DNA from: Bigelowiella natans CCMP2755
Lineage: Eukaryota; Protista; Cercozoa
Direction of reading: 5' to 3'
DNA length: 60,225 nucleotides
NCBI GenBank assembly: GCA_000320545.1
Contig: ADNK01001729.1
Location: 1-60,225, forward strand
Numbering within the stretch: position 1 is the stretch's first letter; each line of letters begins with the position of its first letter. The notes under the pieces were generated by a model. The model worked only from the letters and a program-made list of their open reading frames with translations, had not been told where the DNA came from and did not search any database. A program made the translations under genes and the position numbers. Positions 26,135-37,069 of this stretch are shown here, piece by piece.

Positions 26135-29100
26135 CACACACACACACACACAAGAGAGTGAGGGATAGAGGTTTAAAATGTGGTGATTTGTCTGTCTGAA
26201 TGCATAAAACACGAAGTATTTAATTGACATTCAAACACTTATTTTTTTTATTGTGCATTCATCGAATAAGATTCGAAATTTATCGGCAACATTTTGTGGG
26301 AATTTACTCGTTTCCATTCGCCTTGCCCCCCTCTTTGAAGCTGCACTGGTTGGTTCTTGTGCATGATCGTGACCCATGTTTTGTCATTCAAAATTACAAT
26401 CCTCGATTTTGCACTCACAGTACATATTGATCATATTGAATATATTAAATATTATGTTCGCTGAAATCAAAAGGTGTTATGCTTATTTCATGTGTATCGT
26501 GTGCGACTTTGCTTCTTGAAATATCATATTCTTGCACAATTTGTTAATTCTAAGGACAATTCTCCGATGGACCCCTCACTCTTAGAAGCGGCCTTTATGG
26601 AGGAAATATCGTGAGTTAGCGAATCCTTTATATTATTAGTATTAAGCTATATAACGAGTCCAAGTTTCGTGTAATGTTAAGTTTGTACCTTATATACGTG
26701 GTGGAAAGAGGCTGGTTAATTTTAATGTGAGTGGCATGTGGCATGTGTATGTGCGCACTTGTGTGTATTTGTGTGCGTATGATTACATAAAATCGTAGAA
26801 TATATTTGTGTTTCCTTAAAACGTAATATTAGTAATGAATAGAATAATAGAATCACGTATTATGTTAGTAAATATATTCCAATTGTTTATGGCGTGTGAC
26901 GATGTGAATGACGTTGGTAAAGGCATGCGTATGATCCGCCTTCGTTGGAAGATATACCTCCTGTGGATATTGCCGAGCTTCGAGCAGACCATGAAAGCAT
27001 TCCTCTACGTAAATCTAAACACGATTCACCACACTGTTTTCCGAATATGCCTTTAACGCCAAACGCAAATTAGCCTCGATTCTTGGTTTGCCTGGGAAAG
27101 ATCTCGAGATGATATCTATTACACAGCGACTTCAATATTATCATTGGAGGAATGAGTAAGATTGTAAGATAGCTTCTTCCTGTCTATGTGGTTTTAAATT
27201 GGATGGGGCATATTTCTAAGAACAATTATGAGAGCATGCCGAGTGCGAATTCGCGAGTCGTTTTATGCATATACATAAATCTCCCAAAGCAATGCAGGGT
27301 GTACACGAGATAATTTTGCATTCAACACTCAGGAGAAAGGCATGTCCTTGGAACGATATTTGGACTTCACTTGTCACAGAACATAAAGGTGCGAGCGGTT
27401 TGCATCATACAATGAAGAATATATTGAATTAATATTACTTTCAGATAGCGGAATTGTCGGGTATGTGATCACTCCAAACAAAATCACTGTGCCGAGCAAC
27501 CTCATTGCATCTCCTGCGACACTACTCGGAGCCATTAAGAGAACATCACATCGTAACAAACCGTCGGCTGCAGCAAATTGGCATGAGGGAAGTAGCAGTG
27601 AGAAGGAGTTTGCAGATTCGGAAGGGGAGGTGCTAGGCTGGGACTTAGGTGAATCATATATCTAATTAATAGTATAATTTGAATACTTTTTTGGATTGAT
27701 TAAAACCGTAATCTTGTTTTCTTGAGAGCATCAAACACTATATTCTTCATTGTTACTCCACTGTAAAAGGAACACCGCGTTCAAGTTTAGATGAAGATGC
27801 TAAAAAATCTATGAAAGACTCTGCGATGAAATCGTTCCAAGCAAATACAACAAAATGCAGTATCAATAAACTGCATCCATTGCCGATTGCATTTGCAGAG
27901 CTTGGGTATTTATTCATGGCTACTAAAATTAGAAATTGAAACACACATTTACACATGCAGACCTCCGGTGACTTTTGTGATATCTTTCTTATATTTCGTT
28001 GTTAAGGCAGCGTTTTTGTAAATTATTTTTTGAGTTCGAATCAGTATAATCCTTGACACGGTAGAAACTAGAATTGTATTTGGTTACAGGGTACCTCGAT
28101 TAGAAGACCTTATTAGTTTTGCAAAACACGCGTCAAGTGTGATAGAGGTAGAGCAAAGATGTAGAACCGATAATGATAAAGCATACTAGCATATTTAGTT
28201 GTACACTTTCATACTTTCACGTTGTCCCGTAATACGTTTGTTGCTTGATTTTATTTTTCCTTCTATTTAAATTTCCCTCTGTTTCCTCTCTCTTGATATC
28301 TCTGTGTCTGCGTAAACGCAAAGGCCAATCCACGAGGAAGGATCTGCATTTTATCTGATTCTCCGAAGGTGTCCATGCATGTGATGACACTTCCTTTGTT
28401 GTAATTGTAATTTACCATAACAGCCCTACATATTTGTATAATCGAAATGTTTGTTGCTTAAAATATATTTTCCAGTTTTGGGCCCATGTCTACATAACAG
28501 TGTTGTTAGTCGCGCAAAACAGGAGTTTTTCGGTTTTTAAAGCGGTATTTATTAACTGATATGGAGTATGGAGAGCAATCGAGCAAATGAACGACATTAT
28601 GGCTGATGCTAAGAGATATATTTATACAATTCACAGATAAAATAGAATATGTAATAATTATTTTACTGCTATATTAGTATATTAGAACATCTATAGAGAA
28701 GTACCTCCTGTTTTTTCGTGCAACTGAATATCCTGTGTGTTTTTGTGTATAATCTGCTATTCGAGGTAGATAGAGGTTTTAAGCAGCCAGATTATAATGG
28801 CAGAACGTGCTCTTAATTCATCGGTTTCTCTTAGCCCCAGTCACGAGAAAAGCTATGTAAATCGAACCACGAAAGTTCATTTGAAATTCGAATATAGACG
28901 CGATTCAATGCTTACACTACGTATATATAAAGAGCACTCAGCTTCGAGAGAGACACTTAATTTTTCGATAGAATGCCTGCGGGATGCATGTTGATGATGT
29001 TTATTCGAATCTACTAACGTTTGTTGATATTATGGCAGGAATCATCAACGTTTGATGTATTTTCAACATCTACTGGGAATGTCAACAGTTTCAGCTCCCC

Positions 29101-31423
29101 TGCTACAAACACTAGAACAACTTCTGGATTTGCTGTTGCTGCATCTTCCATCTCACGACAACAACGACGGTCTCCTAAAACTCCTCCGTTACATTCTCAG
29201 AGGATGAATAAGGTTTCTTAGTATTTATAGAAGCTCGATATGCATGCATGAGTGCGTAAATACATTAAATGCGCATCAAGACTTATCTACTCTTATCTTT
29301 GGAAATTATTCAATATGGTCAGTTCTCCTCTTGTAGTATAAAACGTACTTAGTACCTCTGAAATGATTAGACAATATCAACAAGTGGAAAGCTCTCCTCT
29401 CTTGGTGCTCCAGCAATGCCAGGGGTCTTCAATAGGAAATCGTCCTCAACATCGCCCCCGCCGATAAGAAGAATTATGCTTACTTCATCTGGAAGTTCAT
29501 CAACGCAGAATTTTTCCAGCGCCTCGTCCCTTTCCTCTTTAGTAGATCCAACATCGGTATGTAGCACAAAAGCGAGAAGGGCATTTTCCCCCATTTCCCC
29601 CTTATGTACGTTGTAAAATTAAATGTTCTTTTTAAGTTTTGTTTTGTAACTATATATATTGTTAATACTGACTACTTGAATTTCAGCTTATATATATCTA
29701 CATTTGCTCTGTTATTTGTTTGTGCACCAGACACTTTTATCGCCAAGTCAAATTCGATATGCTAGGTAGTAAGTTGCACTCTTTCCTTGTTTTTTCCAAT
29801 TTTTATTTCATTCGTCCGTCCATAGAAACGCGCGCAAACTATAAATTATGATTAGTTTATATTTAAGACATATGCGCTCGTGTTTGTATATCGTAGATAT
29901 GCTGAAAGCATCTTGAAACCTAATTCAATGGAGGAAGGTCAGTATGCAGCAGTATTTTTATGCTTATTAATTATGTAGTGTTGGGGCTTTCCTCCCCCTT
30001 GTTCTATGTATAATTGAAGACGTACTAATACATCGCATTATAATAGTGCGTGTATCTGCACAAGCGGCTGAAAATATAAAACTCACATATGTTCGGATTC
30101 TGGGGTATGTTATGCACATCAACACAAATATGTAGACTTCAATACATGTATTAAGAAATAACCGACGCTATTGTCCAAGCTAATAGTAACAGTACACAGC
30201 TGTCCGCTCCAAATGGAGAAGAAGCTCACATTTCAAGTCGTAGATGAAACTTCTAGCGTGGTAAATACTAAGAAAGATATGCATCCATATTATGAGAATG
30301 AATATGAGCAGATACTAAAAAAAAAATTATCATTTGAATACAAGGATTTGTGTTAAATATAATGCACTTCATTGTATGTGGTATGAGTGTACTAGTCGTT
30401 TGAGGTTGTAAGAAAAGTTGTTTGTTTTAGAAATTGTTGAGTTGATCTAGTTGAGAAAACTCTAATTTTCAAAGTTTGTAAATCATAAACTGATAGACTA
30501 CTTTATGTTGCAGATTTATTCGCACTCGACAACAAGTGGTTCAATGCAGTTCTCCACAGTATGAGTCACAATAGCATTAATACGAACACAATGCTGTTCA
30601 CGCTAATGGCATATCGACAAATAGATCTTTGATGCATGTTTACTGATGAGCATGCATATTCAACATACGTCATTAAGGAACTGGGAGGAAGCAGACATGA
30701 TCAAAGGCCGTCGCGTGTGAAGGTCCCTAACATGTACTTTGCGTGGTTTTAAAGCCATAGAAAATCACATTATTCATATAAATTGATATCTATGTATGGG
30801 GAGGGAGATGTATGTGCCTGCCACTTTGTGAGCTTATATACTTCCGATATTAAGACTCTTTTTATCTATTATTAGATTGAAAACCTCTTCGCGGAGAGTA
30901 AATGCTCTGTAAATGTCAAGGGCGATAATTACATATTGTTTTTCGATGTGACAAAGGAGAAACGTGAGTAGAAATTATGCAATATATTTCTGAACAAGTC
31001 TATCTTACTCATTTTCCCCACCGCCCTCATGCCCTCTCTTTTTTTCTCTCTCTTTCATGCACGTATGTGTGTATGGTGTTGCATGAGTAATATTTCGATA
31101 TTATGTGTTATTAATTATTAATTAGCGTTTACTAAACCCCAACCGGTATTTTCTGTCTGTTTCAACACTGCTTTCATAAAGGTACATCGTGCATGTACAC
31201 ATTAAAGTGAACAAAATTTATACTTTTATATACTGAGTCCACGGGCATCGCGTCCAATGTTAATTCAATTGCCAATACTTTGAAGAACACACCTTTGATT
31301 TGCACCTACTCACCGTCAGCATAACAGTGAAAACATAAGTTCTCATCAGAGGAGGTCAGCTCTACTTCTACGAGACATAGACTGCAACGACGAAGATCTG
31401 CTACCATTCATCACCCCAAATAA
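17904..31423 (+). CDS. Large multi-exon signalling protein: N-terminal PH domain, degenerate AGC-type (pseudo)kinase domain, possible DH/RhoGEF-like region, Ser-rich tail
   Basis: PH: ILE|GTLQKKSPKGVWAAHMWQTRYFIL|YSNELQYFR...GTLNLQDI...RRFDV...FALLAPSREDA|MQWVSRL. Kinase-like: GGRLPYLL, LRTETIFLE, RNGNIVFVDPW, TPREYLPPE, DWWRLGIVLYECFVGMPPF. DH-like: EKQYIICEILHSEQ, IKNIENIY. The 3' end is approximate, and the span could contain more than one gene. Confidence 0.6.
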
Positions 31424-31789
31424 GCTTCAGGTACTAAATTTTGAAGAGATAATGGACGAGCTAGTCTTCATACTATGCACATTTGCTGCCTTTTACCTTG
31501 GGTTCAGGTCGAATTACACTTTGGTCCCTAGCGTTGCAAAGATGTGTACAGATGATCCAATAGTTCCTATCCAGCGAACATAGCTTGACCAATAAGTAGA
31601 GTGAACCACTTTTTAGGTTAAAAATGCTGTAGCAGGACTAAGACACAAGGCAAAGCCTGCTTACCAAGTTGCTACACAGTTAGCCAAATGCATCATTGCA
31701 TCTTTTTGCAGATGAGTCGTTTTAAAGGTCATTCCAAGGCGCGTCTAGGTATTTGCATAATTTTTGCGTTAGAACTAAATTGGTTTAGT

Positions 31790-33300
31790 GTGTCAAGATG
31801 TCGTTGTGTTTGGACATCTAGCTAGATGCAATGACATAGACGTCTGAACGTGCTAGCATGGCTAGCATGGTCCAGGTGACTTGCACGCAGGCTGCAGGTG
31901 TGCCTGGACATCTAGATGCTTTGCGCGTCTGCACGCACCTTTGGATATGCATGTTGTGCAGTGCAAGATGACGACAACATGTTTTGGGTTTTGAGAGCAC
32001 ACGACGAATGGCCCATTCGCAATGACAGACAGAGGACAGATGACCAGATTTGGAGATGAGCTGGCCAGTGACACAGCTAGACAGCCATTGGAATTGCTCT
32101 TGTCTAGTTGTGTTCCTTGTTCATGCGCACAACCAAACGAAACAAGTTTCTGGACGTTTTCTTGTCTTTTGTTTGTCATGAGGCTAGCTAGCTAGCATGC
32201 TGGTATGCTGGCATGTTCAGTGCTAGTGCATGCCAGCATACCAGCATGGCTAGATGGTCAGAACAATGCCAGAACGGTGGAGCTCGTCAAGCTAGCAAGT
32301 TCAAACTTGCGAAACTCAAGTCACATTGGACATTGCTAGATTGGTGTTTCTAGCTAGTTCCAAAGGTTGGTTGATGTAGCTCGAGTTTCGCGAACTCCAT
32401 CTTCAACTAGTCAACTCGAGCTGCCGAGCTCCAATTTGACGACGACGACGATGATCGTGTCCAGCTAGCTAGCTAGCCAGCACGTGAGCGCTGTCATGTG
32501 AATTCATTGCTGTCTCGCTAGCTTGGTCTAGCGGTGGGAAAGTCTTGCTTCGTCGGGATCACCTCTAGACCTAGTGGAAAGGTGTGGTGTTCGCATGCCA
32601 GCATGGCCCGATGTCCTCCCAACCCGGGTTTTCGGAAATCAAGGGGAAAAAATCAGAGTTTGGTTGCGACTCTGCATGAGCTTCAAACTCATCAGGTTCT
32701 TGAATTTTCGCCGTTGTTTTTTTGAGGTTGGCCATTCCAGCCAGCCAGCATTTCGGATTTCGGGAGATGCGAACTTTTCATCGGTGAACGTCGTGCTAGA
32801 TGTCTTGTTGACCTTGTGACGCCTTCCTGTTCGCCTCTCCTCCTCCGTCTTTTGTCCCTTCGGGTTGGTCTGAATCTGCGACGCACGCAGTGTGTGTCCA
32901 GATTCGTGTTTTTTGGTCGCGGGTGAACCTCTGACCGGCATTGAATCACTGAACTTGCACGTTGGTTCCAAAGCGGTGGTCATCGTGGGATGATGCATTC
33001 CAGCCACTCCTCCATTCCTAGCTTCAAAGTGTGGCAAGACAGATCCCCTTTTGTTTCCAGCTTTAACCCACACCTCTTGTCGCAAAGGGCAAATACCATC
33101 AATTTCAACATGATGGCCTGATCATCAGTCGACAACGAATGATAGCATGGGATTACACCATTGCGTCAATGACAATTTGCAACTTAATGATTATTTTCTC
33201 CATGTCCAAATTGGGATCTGAAGCCACTGTGCTGATCGACACGGTCAACAATGCCGCATCTAGGCCCTCATCTTCTTCGCTAGAGCTAGAACAGCACTGA
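31790..33300. repeat. TpA-depleted, CTAG-rich intergenic island with inverted repeats and a decayed coding remnant
   Basis: In 32380-33062 all ~10 TA dinucleotides are inside CTAG. The island has roughly 25-30 CTAG sites and a perfect 20-bp inverted repeat at 32196-32215/32229-32248. Confidence 0.8.
32639..33118 (-). pseudogene. Hypermutated coding remnant of unknown origin (Tyr-free ORF)
   Basis: The 148-aa ORF has no Tyr. It reads more like a natural protein if some His/Cys/Met/Ala are restored to TA-containing codons (e.g. HHVEIDGICPLRQEVWVK -> YYVEIDGIYPLRQEVWVK). Restoration is inference. Confidence 0.4.
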
Positions 33301-33454
33301 TTTGTAAAAGAGATTTTTGCTGAGAAATGCCATCATTATTTTGTTCGCAGTGTAAAATGTGACATTTTTTTTGTGCAGTTCAAATAGCAAACTTGGCGTC
33401 TGCGGAGACCTCTATCGGGTGCCGTTCAGTTTCTTCAAGGCGAAGTCAGGGGAA

Positions 33455-33850
33455 ATGAGTTCATATCTGTTGATAATTGTAAGATTTTGGTCTGGATTCC
33501 TTGCTATATTCGAGTTCCCTAATATCTATGCAATCCTTCCAAAATCTGTCGGAGGAAAGGGCAAAGGATTTCAGAAAGGTCCCGGATCAAACTTACCCTC
33601 AAACGATGCTGTGAGGCGTCTATGGTGCTTCATGCTCACTCTTCTCGTAATATCCCGCGTGTGTGTTGTCATATGGCCAAGGGATCCACGAATAATGGCT
33701 AATGCTGCCGCTGTACATCTCGTCGAGGCAATTTACTTTGGGTCCGAGTATGCAAATGGATGTTACGGACCTGCAGCAATTATTGCAGTGATTTACGCGA
33801 ACGCTGTGCTTTATGCAGTAACCTGTGCAAATCTTATGGAATATTTATAA
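33455..33850 (+). CDS. Intronless Erg28-like small membrane protein (sterol-biosynthesis scaffold family), 131 aa
   Basis: Four hydrophobic segments. VRRLWCFMLTLLVISRVCVVIWPRDPRIM...VHLVEAIYFGSEY parallels the Erg28 R-x-F-x2-W...R...HF-x-SE pattern. First true ATG at 33455. Confidence 0.55.
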   Translation: MSSYLLIIVRFWSGFLAIFEFPNIYAILPKSVGGKGKGFQKGPGSNLPSNDAVRRLWCFMLTLLVISRVCVVIWPRDPRIMANAAAVHLVEAIYFGSEYANGCYGPAAIIAVIYANAVLYAVTCANLMEYL

Positions 33851-34989
33851 CCTGCTACACTGGTAGTCTTTTTGTATTGGAACAGTATTCCCGGCACCAT
33901 GGTATAACAGCAGCGATCAATGTGCAACCGACTACACAGCACACGTGCGTAGAACAATCATATTTGTGAATATGGGGTAGGCAATCGCTACCGTGGCATC
34001 TCAGCTGACATATGAAATCTGCTTGCATGAGATCATCCTCTAATGTAGTTGCTGAGCAAAATATACTATCTAGCTATGTCCATTGCATGCACATGTACAA
34101 ATACTGCATGCTAGTAGTTGCATATTGTCACGCTGTGTATCTTTTGTTTGGTACAGCAAAGCCTTACAGTTTGCGCAGCATGTGACTTAGCTGTACCAGC
34201 TAGCGCTAGAGCGAGGCAAGGATGCGAGATACATGTAGGTGCACATGCCATGCTTGCATAATTAGTAATTAGCATGCTCTATACTAGTCTACGATGTAGT
34301 AGTCCATGCAAGCATAGATGCACGTACACATTGTGCAGTTATGCGCCATATAGCCAATCTACGATCTAGCCATGTACGCTATGAGTGTACAACTTTATGC
34401 TTATATTCTATAATAGTTCATTAGTGCAGCTTGTCATACGTATGCATTCATGGATGCATGTGCGTGCGTAGCTTGCACGGCTACGCATGCCTGCACGCTC
34501 GCTTGTCGATCCCTGGCGTTGCATAGCGCTATCGATCGCTAGGTCATCGTGTGGCGTTCAAGTACGCTGCGAAGTAATACCAAAGCTTGCATGAACAAAT
34601 TCACAATTTGTTCATTACATATCCGTCTCACACAGGCTCATCCACACATACACGCACGCCATTGACTACAATGTTGAACAACTCTCGCGGCGAACTAACA
34701 CATGTGTGCATGCATGTGTGTAAGTGTACGTACGACATACACGACGTACATATTTGCTGCCACTTGTAAATCAAATATCGCTGATGCCATTGGTCATTGG
34801 TCCTGCCAAATGAAGCGAATGTCATTGTCGATTGAGCACGTACTTGTCTCACACTGCAGCTACACATGCATGCATGCCCATGTGGATCATACATGATGCA
34901 CAATGCACAACATGTACAACTCGCTAATCAAAAAGGTAGCACAACAAGAATCATGTATAGCGTCATGGGGGGAAGTGAGGGAGACTTGC

Positions 34990-35119
34990 ATGAGTACAGG
35001 AGCCGACGCTGCGGCAGCAGAGAGCACGGGGGAGTGTTACGAGGACAGCAATTATGCATTCCTGGTGCGCTTCTGCCGCGTATACATTATCATATTATAC
35101 ATATATGAATATTCTATGT

Positions 35120-35160
<41 letters not shown>

Positions 35161-35300
35161 CATATATTCCAGCTTGAACCTTTTGATGCAAATGCGAATC
35201 GTGAGTTTCATAATGTTTTTTGACTTTCGAAGAAATGAAAGCTGAAGCAAAGTGCATGTTCGTCGATCGTGAACTAAACTCGATAGCTCTTGGTCTTTGA
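34990..35300 (+). CDS. Possible 3-exon micro-gene or gene fragment (~56 aa)
   Basis: MSTGADAAAAESTGECYEDSNYAFL|LEPFDANANQ|MKAEAKCMFVDRELNSIALGL*, with phase-compatible GT-AG introns, one containing (TA)n like other introns here. No family recognised. Confidence 0.35.
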
Positions 35301-35491
35301 AAGCTTAGCTTAAACAGAGATTTGTTCATGCTCATTTTTTTCCGAATAATCCAAATCGAAACACGATAAAATATTCGTCCATGATAATTTATTAGATATT
35401 ATAGAAGGAATCTCAGGGAAAATCGAACAGATTTTCGACGACTCCAATCAGTACGAGGGCGCAAGTAAACACGGGTGTGGGCTTGTCACCC

Positions 35492-36775
35492 TCACTCCAT
35501 AAGCACGTACACAGCATCAGTTGCAATGCCACACTGGTTATTTTTGTCGCGGGACATCATAATGTATCCATTCATTCCCCAGCTAGATCCCCATGAGTTC
35601 TTCACGATATAGTACTTCGCATCCGACTTTTTGGTCGCGTTGAAAAGACTGGTGGTGGTGTTGACCTGGCTATCGCATGGCACGTTCTGACACCATCCGA
35701 ATCCACTCTTCTCTGTGCACCATGAGCACCCCTTCTCCTTTAGGCAGGGCGGCTTGTAATGATTGTTCTCACAGTCTGCAGGCCCTGGTTTGGGGCCTGG
35801 AGGTCCTGGAGGTTTTGGCGATCCCATGCCGTAGCCCACGACGGTGACGCCATGGTCAAGCTCAGTGCTGCTGCAGTCTTTGTTGTTGTACACACCTCCA
35901 GAGTAGAGTTGGAACTCGAAGGATGAGGCATCGATGCCAACGCTGATCGACGGGTACTTGTATGCTGCTTTCGTGAGGGCGTCCTCGTCGCCGCTGGTTA
36001 TGTTTGCGTATCCGGTAATTCCGGTCGCTACTGATCCTGAGCGCGGATTGCATTTAGAGAGCTTGCCAGACTTACCACTGACATACGGATACTGCGCCTC
36101 CGTATTGAACAGGCCCTTCTGGTCGTTCGCAATCACAAGTATACCGTCATGGGGTTCTCCACCAAGGGCACACGTGTCAGCCCCACCAAGAGTGCAGTCT
36201 GCGACCTCCTGATCTGCGAACGAGCAGCAAGTATTGTTTTGCTTACCACATTTAGATGTACAAGCGGATGGGATTGAACCATTGTTCTTTAGGTTGAATG
36301 CTGCCTCCATTGCAGCAGTTGCGCTGAATGCCCAGCATGAGCCGCAATCTCCTTGATCTTTCACGTGGGTGACCACACCCTGCTCGACCCAACTCCACGA
36401 ATCTGGAACCTCATCCACGTCCTTGGATTGAAACGTTGCTGACGCTGTAGGATCGTTGCCTCTCCTCCTTCGTCTCAAAGAAAGAATGTTTCGGCGGTAT
36501 TCCTCGTTTGTCTGATCCGCCAACCTCGACTCCATGCCTAGGTAAAACGTTTCTAGCCCAGCATCATATCGCGCGTTGTGAGCTTCGACCTTGGCGAAGT
36601 TATCGCTCCAGATTCCAAACCTCGCTTCATATTCATCCTCATTCTTGTACTCCTTGCCATGATGAACCCTCCAGATCTCAAACGAGTCGCGCTCTTTACG
36701 CATTGTGGGTAGGCCCGTGAATGCGCAGCCAAATTTGACAAGGAGAACTGCAGTCATTATGATCTTCTTCACCAT
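35492..36775 (-). CDS. Intronless papain-family (C1A) cathepsin L-like cysteine protease, 427 aa, with signal peptide and I29 prodomain
   Basis: Signal peptide; ERFNIN-like EYEARFGIWSDNFAKVEAHN; QGDCGSCWAFS (catalytic Cys), LDHGV (His), VKNSWGSSWGMNGY (Asn); C-terminal NQCGIA. Confidence 0.97.
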   Translation of the reverse strand: MVKKIIMTAVLLVKFGCAFTGLPTMRKERDSFEIWRVHHGKEYKNEDEYEARFGIWSDNFAKVEAHNARYDAGLETFYLGMESRLADQTNEEYRRNILSLRRRRRGNDPTASATFQSKDVDEVPDSWSWVEQGVVTHVKDQGDCGSCWAFSATAAMEAAFNLKNNGSIPSACTSKCGKQNNTCCSFADQEVADCTLGGADTCALGGEPHDGILVIANDQKGLFNTEAQYPYVSGKSGKLSKCNPRSGSVATGITGYANITSGDEDALTKAAYKYPSISVGIDASSFEFQLYSGGVYNNKDCSSTELDHGVTVVGYGMGSPKPPGPPGPKPGPADCENNHYKPPCLKEKGCSWCTEKSGFGWCQNVPCDSQVNTTTSLFNATKKSDAKYYIVKNSWGSSWGMNGYIMMSRDKNNQCGIATDAVYVLME

Positions 36776-37069
36776 CGTTGTTACAAGTTGCCTCCTGAGG
36801 AGCAGGTGGAGAGGACAATGGGTTAGTTGGGGGGAAGGATAGGTGGGTTCTGATTTCGATGGAGGCAGGGTTGCAACGTTTCGCCAGACGGCATTCCCCC
36901 GTTCAATCCCGGGGATAGCAGTATGTCTCTAAAGAGTCTCCGGAGACTGTCCGGAGGTGTGTATCCAGATCGAGATTTACCCTTGTTTTCGCCGCCTAAA
37001 TGCTCGGACGACATGCTCGTAGATTTCAAAAAGAATGATTTCAAAATGAGACTAGGAAACATCGAGGCA

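Noticed and set aside
35492-36775. Cathepsin gene as part of a TpA-depleted island
   Set aside because: It is only mildly TA-poor, as expected from codon usage. It keeps many Tyr codons and non-CTAG TAs and has an intact frame.
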